This document shows positions 32,323-46,023 of a DNA stretch of 64,000 nt, piece after piece (the stretch's first letter is position 1; every line of letters starts with the position of its first letter). The stretch is from the NCBI RefSeq assembly GCF_009914755.1, contig NC_060934.1. One strand, written 5' to 3'. The notes under the pieces are model-generated. The model did no database searches and was not told the DNA's origin. It saw only the letters and a program-made list of their open reading frames with translations. This DNA comes from the human T2T-CHM13v2.0 reference genome, Homo sapiens. Both the position numbers and the translations under genes were made by a program.

Positions 32323-32670
32323 CGCTGCCTGATCGCCTCAGAAGCCCCCTGGACCATCACGCACACCGAGCTTCGGGTAACTCTTACGGTGGAGGATTCT
32401 CAGCCGTATGAAGACACCCTAGCTGGACGATCAGTTCTTGTTAAGAATCTGACCCCTCAAACTCTACAACCTCGATGGACCGGACCCTACTTAGTCATCT
32501 ATAGTACCCCGACTGCGGTCCGCCTGCAGGATCCTCCCCACTGGGTTCACAGTTCCAGAATAAAGCTATGTCCATTGGACAGCCAGCCTAATCCGTCCTC
32601 TTCCTCCTGGAAGTCACAAGTACTCTCCCCTACTTCCCTTAAACTCACTCATATTTCTGAAGAACAGTAA
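32323..32670 (+). pseudogene. pol: In-frame fusion of protease N-terminus with integrase C-terminus (pro-pol remnant)
   Basis: After the gag TGA the same frame reads RCLIASEAPWTITHTELRVTLTVE-DSQPYEDTLAGRSVLVKNLTPQTLQPRWTGPYLVIYSTPTAVRL (GPY/F motif); no protease catalytic, RT, RNase H or IN core sequence. Confidence 0.9.
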
Positions 32671-32963
32671 TAACCCTTATAAGCCTAATACATCCCTTCA
32701 TTCTATTAGGTCTGTTCATCCTTACCCTACTTTTGCAACAGGGCTTTATGCAGTCACCCCCACTACTTACACCGGGCCCCAAAAACTAGTCATCCCTACT
32801 CTCTTCTGTCTAGTCATACTCCTATTCTCCATTCTCAACTACTTATAAATGCCCTACTCTTGTTTACACTGCTGGTTTACACTGTTTCTTCAAGCCATCA
32901 CAGCTGATATCTCTTGGTGCTATCCCCAAACCGCCACTCTTAATTCCCTCTTAGAGTGGATAG

Positions 32964-34715
32964 ATGATCTTTGTTGGCAGGAGACCCTCCAATACTTTCA
33001 CCCTGATGAAGTTCTATTCTTTACTTTTATTCTTTACTTTTATACTCACTCTTATTCTCATTCCCATTCTTATGCCACCCTCTTCCTCTCTCCAGCTATC
33101 TCCACCATACTATCAACCTTACCCTTTCTCTCCTAGCCATTTCTAATCCCTCCTTAGCGAACAACTGCTGGCTTTGCATTTCCCTTTCTTCCAGCGCCTA
33201 CACAGCTGTCCCCGCCTTACATGCAGACTAGGCAACATCTCCTGTCTCCTTACACCTCCGAACTTCCTTTAACAGCCCTCACCTTTACCCTCCTGAAGAA
33301 CTCATTTGCTTTGTAGACAGGTCCAGCAAGACCTCCCCAGACATTTCACATCAGCAAGCTGCCACCCTCCTCCGCACTTACTTAAAAAATCTTTCTCCTT
33401 GTATCAACTCTACTCCCCCCATATTTGGACCTCTCACAACACAAACTGCTATTCCTGTGGCTGCTCCATTATGTATCTCTCGGCAAAGACCCACTGGAAT
33501 TCCCCTAAGTAACCTTTCACCTTCTCAATGTTCTTTACTCTTCCTCTCCAAAGCCCAACTACACACATCATTGAAACAATTGGAGGCTCCCAGCTCCATA
33601 TTACAGACAAGCCCTCTATCAATATGGGCAAACTTAAAAACATTAGCAGTAATTATTGCTTAGGAAGACACTTACCCTGTATTTCACTCCATCCTTGGCT
33701 ACCTTCCCCTTGCTTGTCAGAATCTCCTCCCAGGCCCTCTTGTTGTTTATTTATACCCAGTCCCGAAAATAGCAGTGAAATGTTGCTCGTAGACACTCAA
33801 CTTTTCTCATACACCATGAAAATCGAACCTCCCCCTCTACACAGTTACCCCATCAGTCCCCATTACAACCTCTGACAGCTGCCACCCTAGCTGGATCCCT
33901 AGGAGTCTGGGTACAAGACACCCCTTTCAGCACTCCTTCTCACCTTTTCACTTTGCATCTCCAGTTTTGCCTTGCACAAGGTCTCTTCTTCCTCTGTGGA
34001 TCCTCTACCTACATGTGTCTACCTGCTAATTGGACAGGCACATGCACACTAGTTTTCCTTACTCCCAAAATTCAATTTGCAAATAGGACCGAAGAGCTCC
34101 CCGTTCCCCTCCTGACACCGACACGACAAAAAAGAGTTATTCCACTAATTCCCTTGCTTGTCAGTTTAAGACTTTCTGCCTCCACTGTTGGTCTCGGTAC
34201 TGGAATAGCAGGCATTTCAACCTCTGTCACCACCTTCCGTAGCCTCGCTAATGACTTCTCTGCTAGCATCACAGACATATCACAAACCAGTCCTCCAGGC
34301 TCTTTAGCTGCAGTTGTCCTCCAAAACCGCCGAGGCCTTGACTTACTCACTGCTGAAAAAGGAGGACTCTGTATATTCTTAAATGAAGAGTGTTGTTTTT
34401 ACCTAAATCAATCTGGCCTGGTGTATGACAACATAAAAAAAACTCAAGGATAGAGCCCAAAAACTTGCCAACCAAGCAAGTAATTACACTGAACCCCCTT
34501 GGGCACTCTCTAATTGGATGTCCTGGGTCCTCCCAATTCTTAGTCTTTTAATACCTATTTTTCTCCTTCTTTTATTCGGATGTTGTATCTTCCGTTTAGT
34601 TTTTCAATTCATCCAAAACCGTATCCAGGCCATCACCAATCATTCTATACAACAAATGTTTCTTCTAACAACCCCACAATATCACCCCTTACCACAAAAT
34701 CTTCCTTCAGCTTAA
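32964..34715 (+). pseudogene. env: HERV-H env, full span, disrupted
   Basis: MIFVGR..MKFYSLLL start, CWLC at ~33106-33117, furin-like RQKR, immunosuppressive domain LQNRRGLDLLTAEKGGL at 34319-34369, CX6CC (CIFLNEECC), TM anchor, ends PQNLPSA; several frameshifts and stops. Confidence 0.95.
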
Positions 34716-34863
34716 TCTCTCCCACTCTAGGTTCCCACACCGCCCCTAATCCCGCTCAAAGCAGCCCTGAGAAACATCGCCCATTATCTCTCCATACCAC
34801 CCCCAAAAATTTTCGCCGTCCCAACACTTTACCACTATTTCATTTTATTTTTCTTATTAATAT

Positions 34864-34876
34864 AAGAAGACAGGAA
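34864..34876 (+). other. Polypurine tract
   Basis: AAGAAGACAGGAA immediately before the 3' LTR. Confidence 0.85.
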
Positions 34877-35329
34877 TGTCAGGCCTCTGAGCCCAAGCTA
34901 AGCCATCTCATTCCCTGTGACCTGCACTTATACACCCAGATAGCCTGAAGTAACTGAAGAATCACAAAAGAAGTGAAAATGGCCTGTTCCTGCCTTAACT
35001 GATGACATTCCACCACAAAAGAAGTGAAATTGGCCGGTCCTTGCCTTAACTGATGACATTACCTTGTAAAATTCCTTTTCCTGGCTCATCCTGGCTCAAA
35101 AAGCTCCCCCACTGAGCAACTTGTGACCCCCACCCCTACCAGCCAGAGAACAACCCCCTTTGACTGTAATTTTCCTTTACCTACCCAAATCCTATAAAAC
35201 AGCCCCACCCCTATCTCCCTTCGCTGACTCTCTTTTCAGACTCAGCCCGCCTGCACCCAGGTGAAATAAACAGCCTTGTTGCTCACACAAAGCCTGTTTG
35301 GTGGTCTCTTCACACGGACGTGCATGAAA
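34877..35329 (+). promoter_or_regulatory. 3' LTR (LTR7 family)
   Basis: TGTCAGGCCTCTGAGCCC..CATGAAA; AATAAA at 35265-35270; about 19 substitutions versus the 5' LTR by hand count. Confidence 0.96.
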
Positions 35330-36012
35330 CTCAGAAGGATTATATCCATTTTCTCTTGTCTTCCCCACAAACGAGTGAGACGAAGAACAATCCCAGGGAT
35401 TTGGCTACTGAAGGCTGGAAAAGGATGGCAGGGCCCATTCATACTCAGCCATCACTCATGCACAAGGGCAGCTCCCAGCCCTCAGCTCTGGAGGGATGGG
35501 GAGGGCTCGTCCTCCTGGGCTGTGCTAGGAATCTGCTTGGTACCTTGGAGGACTCCCTCAAGCTGAGTAAAAGAGCAGTGAGTGTTCCTTCCATTTTTGG
35601 TAGAGAATTAAAAATGAAGTACTTGAACAAGCTGGACATTTGAGTTCCACTTGTCTTGCAATGTTGAAGACTCCTAATTTAGAAACATGGATCTAGGGGA
35701 CAAATGATCACACAACTTGCAATGGAATAGCATGCAATTTTTTTTCCAACAATCACAGTTAAAATAAAATCAGTATAAAGCTGCCAATTTTTCTTTCTTA
35801 GAAAAAACTGTTATTTTCTTTAGAGCATATTCTTTCTCTTTTGTGGGGAGGAATGTCCTTCGACTTATGAAATTAATCATAACTAATGTATGAAATTAAT
35901 TTCATAAGAGGAAGGACATAAGAAACATGAAATTTGCAAGAGCTGTTTTAGGTCCTAAGGAGTTGACAGTGAACAAAACACAGAACATCTCTAAGCATGC
36001 AGAGCAAATTCT

Positions 36013-36431
36013 TTTTTTTTTTCCCCTCCAGAATAAAATGTAGCTTTATTATGACATGGGAAAAACTACAAGCCATTAGGGGAGGAGGAGGAGGAGTCAA
36101 ATACCTCCTCAAAATGACAGGGAAAAGGCAGATATTAACACCTTGGTAATGAAGTCTTCAACCAGAGCACAGTCATTGGAATTTTTTTCTTACGATTTTT
36201 GTCTTCAAAGCTACAGTAAATGAAATAGTTAGTTGAATTGTAAAAAGAACAGAAATTTTACTCAATGAAAAGCATACGCACCAAGCCAAAATACAACAGT
36301 GCTTAGGCATATAGTCCAGGGACCCTTCTAGTGCTGGATGGGGGAACCCAGGCCCTCGGCGAGGGGTTGGTGGGGCTCAGGCTGGAGGGAGGCTGCCTAT
36401 GTTCCCAGCATATGACTTAGCTCAAAGCACA
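36013..36431 (-). pseudogene. 5'-truncated processed retrocopy (3'UTR-like) of an unidentified transcript
   Basis: Poly(T) 36012-36022; TTTATT (antisense AATAAA) 36045-36050; 12-bp TSD AGAGCAAATTCT at 36001-36012 and 36432-36443; body resembles no repeat I recognise. Confidence 0.8.
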
Positions 36432-36519
36432 AGAGCAAATTCTAGAATACAGAAAAAGGCAGATATATAATGCCATGCCAATAGTAGTAAGTGCTTGAAG
36501 AGACTTGAAGCAGAACCAG

Positions 36520-36705
36520 GAGCTCAAGCAGTGGGACTCAACCTGGAGCCAATGCTGTAAATACCTGAGAGCTTTAAAACATCCTGTCACCTTGGTTCTA
36601 CTTGGAGGGATTCTATTCCAGTTGGTTTGGAAAACAGCTTGGAAATATGGATTTTTAAGCACTTTGGGTGGTTCTAATGTACAGCCAGCATTGAGAACCA
36701 CTAGG
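36520..36705. mobile_element. MER5-type hAT MITE
   Basis: GCAGTGGGACTCAACCTGG...GGTGGTTCTAATGTACAGCCAGCATTGAGAACCACT. Confidence 0.7.
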
Positions 36706-36759
36706 TTGGAGAATGACAAAACACACTATTTTAGGTGGGAAGGTAGACTGGGTAACATG

Positions 36760-37450
36760 AGGAGAGGTATGAATGAAGAGAGAGAATGAGCTAAGAGCAT
36801 ATCTCAAGTGCATTCAGCTAGGTGGACCGCACAGACAAGTCCTGGAGTGAGTGGATGCTTGGCTTGCCCTGGGAAGAGGAGGGAGGTAAGTTTGGGTGGT
36901 GCAGAATGAGTGAGGGAAAGAATGGTGTAGCATTAGACTGGAGAGGTAGACAAGGGCCAGGTCATTTAGAATCCTGTAAGGCATGGAAATAACTCAGGTT
37001 TATTCTAATGTGATAAGAAGTCATAGGGGGATTTTGAGCTGGGTGGTGAAATAATATAATCTATATTTTGAAGAATTACTCTGACAGATGTATGGAATAT
37101 AGACTAAATATCAGGTGCAAGAGCAGAAGTAGGGGATCAGTTAGGAACCTACTGCTGTAAATCTGGCTAGAAAGATCAGTGGTTTAGACTACAAGTGTTA
37201 GCAGATGAAGGTGTGAAGTGGTTGGACTGGAGAGAATTGGAGGAGGCAGAGCCAAAGGAATTTGCTCTTAAATTGGATGTTGGATATGGGAGAAATAAAG
37301 GAGTAGGGCTGACTTCTAAGGCTTTGTCTTGAGCAAATAGTTTTTGGTAAATGGTGGGTGCCATTTATTAAGTTAGATGACATTAGTGAAAAGGTTTGTG
37401 TTGGCAGGAAGGGATCAAGGATTTAGTTTTACATGTTGATGTTTGAGGTG
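36760..37450 (-). mobile_element. L2 fragment
   Basis: Purine-rich antisense L2 pattern (GGGCCAGGTCAT...GGATTTTGAGC...GGATTTGCT...TTGGATGTTGG). Confidence 0.7.
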
Positions 37451-38897
37451 AAATAATGCCGGGTAGTAAATGGTAGATTTTTGTTGTTGTTTTAAATATC
37501 CTCAATTAACAAACAGTTGGTAAGGTTGGTCTCTTAGTTTTAAAAGTTTTAGTATTCTGTAAATATTTTAAGACAGTAACTTTGTGCTGTAGAGCATAAT
37601 TAGAAAATGTATTCGTGTTTATAGAAATCTCCTGGTAAAACTTGTCTAAAATACATTGGAGCATTTCCAGCTTTAAGAAATTAATGATCTTTCTTTGACT
37701 ACACGACTGAAGTCAAGTGTTCTTGGTTTTATTATTTCCCTGAAGTATCTACATTACGGCAGAATCAAAACATTAATATTAGATTTGGGGAATTTACATA
37801 GAAATAAATTCATTAGAGTGGCTGGACCAAATCCTTTTAGTTTCATGCCATTGTCTGTGTGTAAAATTAAGATAACTATGACATTATGAGACTTCTGTGT
37901 CCAATGTAAGGTCTCAGAAGATGAAAATCAAGAATTTATGTAAACTAGAAAAAAAAAACCTTCTCTTTCAGCACCATGGGTGATACCAGAATATAATGTG
38001 TTATAAATACTCAGAGATGTTATAAATACTCAGAGATGTTGTTAATATTTAGTAAAGTCATACTGAATGTCTGAAATTTCTCCTAATATTTGGCCAAAGG
38101 AACAATAAAATAATTGCCTATGATGTCAGTGGGCATATTGTGAATTTGAAAGCTTCTGAGCTGGGTTCCCCCGTGGCTCAGAATGTCTGCACAAGTATCA
38201 GAATCCAAAGTGTGCATTACATCATCTTCCAAATGGCAGTGAAATGAAGACTCTTTTCATGTTTCTCTAGAGATAGAAGCAAGAAACTAATTACATTCTT
38301 CTTACAGAAAAAAAGAAAGCAGAAAAGTGAAAATCAAAATTTCCAAGAATCTGGATATCCTTCACTGAAGCTAATTTCTTAATATCCAATTATCTTGTTT
38401 ACTGTTACTGGGTATACAGGTCTCTATCTTGAAAATGTACTTGGCAAAATTGTAAAAGCAACAAAAACCACCACTTGGGGACAGAAACCACATTTTGTAA
38501 TTTCATTTATTGCTAATTTGTTTGAAATGAAATTATAGCTCGTTGTCATATGGACACCAGTGAGATTAAAAGCATGCTCAAGTTGTGCCTATTTGAGTCA
38601 ACATTTTGGGTTATTTCAAGGGTCTCTTCATAAACATAAATACTGTGTAAGTAGCCATGCATTATTGAAGTCCCTACAATATTTTTTACATCCATAATAT
38701 GGTTTTTGATGGATTTCTTTTTACGGATTTATGACATGTGTTCCCAAAGCAAAGCTCTGTATGTTTGTTGAGGAACGTTAGAAAAACACACAAAGCCTGC
38801 TCCATAGAGGCCTCCCAAAGGTGCCTGAAAAAGATATTGGGAGTGACAATTCCTAGGGATTTCTGTTCTTCCTCTGCCTTAGTTATCAGTTTGCTGC

Positions 38898-39205
38898 CTT
38901 TTTTTTTTTTTTTTTTTTTTGAAACGAAGTCTTGCTCTGTCACCCAGGCTGGAGTGCAGTGATATGATCTTGGCTCACTGCAGCCTCCGCCTCCTGGGTT
39001 CAAGCAATTCTCCTGCCTCAGCCTCCTGAGTAGCTGGTACTACAGGTACCCACCACCATGCCTGGCTAATTTTTGTATTTTTAGTAGAGACAGGGTTTCA
39101 CCATGTTGCCCAGGCTGGTCTCCAACTCCTGACCTCAACTCCTGATCTGCCTGCCTCGGCCTCCCACAGTGCTGGGATTACAAACGTGAGCCACTGCACC
39201 TGGCC
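38898..39205 (-). mobile_element. AluS
   Basis: Antisense dimer flanked by AGTTTGCTGC TSD. Confidence 0.92.
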
Positions 39206-40858
39206 AGTTTGCTGCTTCTTTTTTGTGATCTTTTCACAATCTTGAGAGAAGTTTAAAAACACAATATTCCTGACTCAAGCTGACAATGAAATCCTGCTGG
39301 CAAAAGAAAAATAGGTCTTAATGGAGCTACATGAGTCATATACAGACACACAGACGTGTGCACACACGTCTGATAAAAATGGCTAACATATGTTTAGCAT
39401 TTCCTTTTCTTTGTTTTTAGCATTTAATCTTGAAAATGGCTGTATGATATAGGCATTACTATTAGCCCCATTTTACAGATGAGGAAATGGGCCTTAGAGA
39501 TTAAGTAACTTGTCCCAATCTATCCAGCCACTAAGTGGGGCAAGTGGAAACTCTGTCATAGTTCTCCAAACAGGCACATCTATAAAACCTCCCAAGAGCA
39601 GCCAACATACACTCCCAGGCTTCTGGGTTCATGAGTCAACCCAGAAAGGTGTACAACACCAACACCTCCTCTTCACCAACTTTAGGACACCCATACCACA
39701 TTGCTAGGCTCTTGGGTAGAGAATAATTAATACCTGTTCTTAATGAGCAGTATCCCAGAGGCTTGAGAGTTAAAGATAATTAAAGCTAGAAAGACTCAGC
39801 CAACTAACACCATTTACTTACCTGGCAAAATCTGGTCGATGGGAAAAAGGAAAGAACAATAATTGTCTAATAAAACTACTCTTCCTTTCACTGAAAATTA
39901 ATTTGAAAAAGGATTGAACTTTTAGTATATAAAAAACAGATTTGAAAGGGATCTCTAGAATCAACAACAGATCAATTCTGGTTTCTTTTTGTTTTAAGTA
40001 AATTCTTGAACCCGAGTCTATGTTTTAACATTTTACATATTGTCAAGTTTCATCATAGCAAAATTTGGCTTGCTTTCGGGTCTTAAGCTTCTCCAGTAGG
40101 AAAAGTGTTGTCTTGAAAGCATTTCTAGCTAAAAGGCTTCAGCAAGCTCTGGCAACAGTTTGGAATCATGAACAACCTTGTTCTTTCTCAAACTGTTCCA
40201 ATCAAAAGTCATTTCTTCTACTCCTTGCCAAATGGCCAGGCTACTCTAAAAGCTGCTGCCTCCGAGAATTCATCTCCAGTCAAATTTGCCTTGTCACCTC
40301 TCCCGATTAATCTTGGTTCTCTACACCTGAGAAGGGACAGATCCAGAGGCTGGTAATATACTTAGGCAGTATTTTCCCTTCGGGCTGCCAGCCTGAGGCA
40401 GGCCCAGGTGGGTGGTGATTCAAGTTGAAACTCACTTTGGCTTCATCCAAGCTTTTGGTTTTGACTTGTAGGAAAACTTCTTTGTAATGTGTGCCAGGGA
40501 AATGCAATTAAAAAAATAATAATAACAATATGCAGCGAATTGTCGTATAGAAGTAAGATTGCTTTGTAGTCCTTTGGCTGGGATGTTTCAAACGCTATTA
40601 CAAGGGAAATAATGTAAAATTTAGGAACATTACATCCAAGGTTTTGTTAACACATACCCTTCTTAAGAAGACTGAGATTTAAGCACTCCTTTTAAAGAAC
40701 TTTGAGGCCATCCTTGGGCTTCGCAAGAAGTCAGTCCACTTGCTGCTGCTACTGTTGTTTTCTCTCAAGTCATGAAAGGACTGGAAAATGATGAATCACA
40801 AACCAAGAAGAATCTTCTGATTGTTGTCTTCATCATCTGCCACAAGACTATGTGACTA

Positions 40859-41567
<709 letters not shown>

Positions 41568-43817
41568 TAAATTTTTACATGAAACAATATGGGCCCAAAT
41601 TGTTATCAGGATCACTTTATTTCTCTTTTTAACTCTTATGACCAGTTTTTATATATGGAATGAGGTGGACAGTTGTAAAAAATTATTAAACCAACCATCA
41701 CAAAAATTTTTTAAAACAGGAGTTATTAAAATGATTGCTTCAACTCTCTACTTGTTAATATAATGCAGACATACCATTTGTAGCCCAATGACATATACTG
41801 CAGTTCTTGTTTCTCTAGTTAATTATTTTATAATTAATATTTTAAAGTCTATCTAAGGCTTATAGGTCCTGAGAATGTGCATGATAAGAATCTGCTTGAA
41901 TTAAACTAAAATTTATTATAAAGCATGTATACAAGTTAAAATTTATTGTTAATAAGTTAATACTTTAGGTAGAATTATTTGGTGGGTATATGGATGTTCC
42001 CTGTAAAATTCTTCCCACTTCCCTGTCTATATGAAAATATTTAAATAATAAAAAGTTGTGAAGAAAACCAGGCTAGATGTGCCTGATGGGACCTCTCCAA
42101 CTTTCCCATTAGATTACCCAAGAAGATACACAAAAGGACAAAAACTGGAAACAAAACTGGAAACTAAGGGGGAGAAAAGTCTGCAAAATTGAAGACAGTT
42201 CCCACATTTTCCACTATGCTATCATTGGAAAGGGGGAAAGGGACATGTTCTGGGACTATATGTGCTGTGAACTGTAAATTAGAGCAGCAGGAATAACAGG
42301 GATAAAGAAAGAAAAAGGCTTTGACTCACCTCAGCTGGCTGCATAGAACAAGGAGCTCTCTTGACCTACAGCCTCAAAGAGGCATTCAACTATCTCCTTG
42401 CCATATATGGCTCCATTATAAGCTGGCCAGAGTCATGACCCCTCTCCACTGATCCAACCCTGGCCTCTCCATAACTGCTCTTCTCTGTGTCTATTCCACT
42501 TCTAAAACTCCTGATATGCCTAGGTGCAGTGGCTCACGCCTGTAATCCCAGCACTTTGGGAGGCTGAGGGGGGCAGATCACTTGAGGTCAGGAGTTCAAG
42601 ACCAGCCTGGCCATATGTTTAGGTTAATTTGGATAATTTCAATTGACTTGTCTACAAGCTCACCGACTTTTTTTTCTTCTGTTATGTCCAGTCTGCTAAG
42701 ACCACTGAATGATTCTCATGTCTGTTATTGTACTTATTATTTCTACATTTTAATTTTTTTATCATTTCCAGCTCTCTTTGGATATTACCTACCTGTTTTA
42801 TGCCTGTTGCCCATTTTTACCAACTAGATTCTTTAACATATTTATTATAGTTATTTTAAAGTCCCTGTCTGATAAACTCAGTAACTGAGCCATCTCTAGG
42901 TTTGCTTTTATAGACTGTTTCTTTGTTCAACCATAGGCCATGTTTCATTACTTTTTACACTGAAATTAAGAATTTCTAAATACATCATAAAATAAATGAA
43001 ACTATATACTAAGTATTGGAGAAGACATCTTCAACTGTATAACTGACAGAGGAGTGGTATTCAGAACATTTAGAGAACATCTATGATGGAAAAAACATAG
43101 AGAATGCTAAAAATGGACAAAAGACCCTGAACAGGCACTTCACAAAAGAGGAAATCTAAATGGAAACTAGGCATAAAAGGGGCTTATTAGTGATCTCATT
43201 AGTGATCAGAGAAATGCAAATTAAAATCACAATGAGATACTCCTACAACATCATCATATAGGTGACTTTTGAATTTCACTGTTTATTAGCTTGGCATCTT
43301 TTAAATATCTAGACATTTGGTATGTGGAGTTCCACTTGTTGAAAATGGTAGGAGAGATTGACCATCAAAGGGATTTTGGTAAATAATTTTGGATTGACAG
43401 AAAAGTTGCAAGAATCATACCTTTCTTTAAACCATTTGATTGCAAAAATTTAAGATCTCACCATACCAAGAGTTGGCCAGAATGTTGAACTGCAAGAACT
43501 CACATGTACAACGGATAAGAGTTTAAATTTGTACAACTACTTTGCGAGATGGTTTAATTCTATATGGTAATGTTCAAGATATGCCTACCCTGTGACTCAG
43601 AAGCTTCACTCCAAGGTATACCCTAGATACATGTACAAGCATGTTCACAATAGTGTTGATAAAATTGCCCCAAACTGGAAACAACCCAGATGGTTATTAT
43701 CAGCAGAAAGGACAAATTGTGGTATTTTTATAAAGTAGAATCTAATACAGCAACGAACTTGGATGCATTAAATTTGCACACAATATGTATGCATCTTATT
43801 AAAAATTTTAGAAAACA

Positions 43818-44110
<293 letters not shown>

Positions 44111-44490
44111 TTAGAAAACAAAGTACATATGGTAAAACTATATATTTTAAAACAAGCAGGAAATGATTAGTGTAAGTTGGGATAGCAGTGATCTTGAATG
44201 GGTAGATGGGTTGGGAGTAGGAAGGACTGCACTGATCAGTTGCTGCAGTGCTAGAAAATTTCCATTTTGTGACCTATATGATGGTTGCACCAGTGTATGT
44301 TTCTTCAACTAGTTGTTAAACTATACATATACATTTTATATGTGAATAATATTTCACAATAAAAAATGTATGTTTGTATGTGATCGAGAGAGACTGATTT
44401 TTGGTTTGGCATATGTGGTCCCAGTAAACTTGTTCACTGAAGCATGAATTGCTAACAACAATAAAGTTTTTACTGCTTAAAGAAAAGGAA

Positions 44491-44801
<311 letters not shown>

Positions 44802-46023
44802 TCAGTTACAAGAAGAGAAGTCATGATGGTATAGTTCAAAGGTAGACAAGGATTGACATAGCAAAGGGCTGGTGAGCTCAAGCACTGTCTGTTTCCTCCA
44901 GTGACATCCTCGCCCTTCTTTATCTGTGCTGAAGTTTCCTATGTTCATAGTGACTTCAAAGTAATTATAAAGTTTTCTCCTAGAGGTAGAAGATACCAGA
45001 ACAGAATATTTCTGTTTTCCCAGCTGAAGCCTCCCTCATTATGGAGAAGTTAATGAATCACATCTGCTCACTCAGAATTTTACTATGCCTTTGAAGTTAT
45101 GAATTTTCAAAGTACAGTAGCAAAAAGGAATAACAGTATAATTTTGGGTTATGTTTACAGAAGTTAGAAGGTATGTATTCTGAATTCAGGGCCCATACAC
45201 TGCTACAGGAGTACTACATTCTTGGTTTTGTCCTTCACAGTTCTAGAGACAAGCTACAATTTGTAGCTATATATAATAAATTTCTAAGTTTTAATAATAT
45301 TAAGAGCTGGTTGTCAAATTTTTGACCCCTCCAAGAATAAAAAAAAATAATAAAATTATCTCCCTACATACACACACCTAAAACCCTCATTAAAACTTCC
45401 TATAACTGGAACAAGGGTGGCTCTAACTTCTCAGAAAGGAAGAAAAGATCCTTATGTTCTGTATGAACAAAATTACAGTGAGTATTCAAATAAGAGGAAG
45501 TTAAGGGAACTGAAAGATCCTTTCAAGGAAGAATGAATAGCTAAGAGTTAACGAAGGGAATAAGTACATTCATTCAGGTCATGACATTGCTAATTTGGAA
45601 CAAGTCGTCTTCCAATGTTTAAAGTAATAATCCTGAAGAAAAGCACATTAAATCACAGTAATATGGCTTAAATTACAGTAATAGGTGAAATTAGGCAAGA
45701 AAAAATAATGGCTAATTTTGAAAAATCTGTCCAGGATGATTAATTACATTATGAAAATGAGTTTTTAGGAAATGAATGATTTCCCATAGGCATTTTTGCA
45801 GGGCAGATACTTTCTGATTTGGAGAATACCAGCAGGCTAAGTCAAGGATTTCTGCACCTTTTCTGGAGTCTGCAGGCTGGGTTACAACAGGTCAGTATCT
45901 CCAGTTTTCTTTTGCACTCCTGCAACAGAGAAAAGGGAAGTAAATGCAGAGAACTGGAAGAAAAGGAGCACAAACTATATTTTTGTGTACTCTAAGTGTA
46001 AAGAACTCTTAGGAGTTGGAAGG

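Larger units (their letters stand above)
29700..35329 (+). mobile_element. HERV-H provirus (LTR7 - gag - fused pro/IN remnant - env - LTR7)
   Basis: Paired 453-bp LTRs, 5-bp TSD CTCAG (29695-29699, 35330-35334), His PBS, PPT, gag and env motifs. Confidence 0.98.

Noticed and set aside
37998-38040. 20-bp tandem duplication (a similar one at 51331-51371)
   Set aside because: Ordinary slippage duplications.
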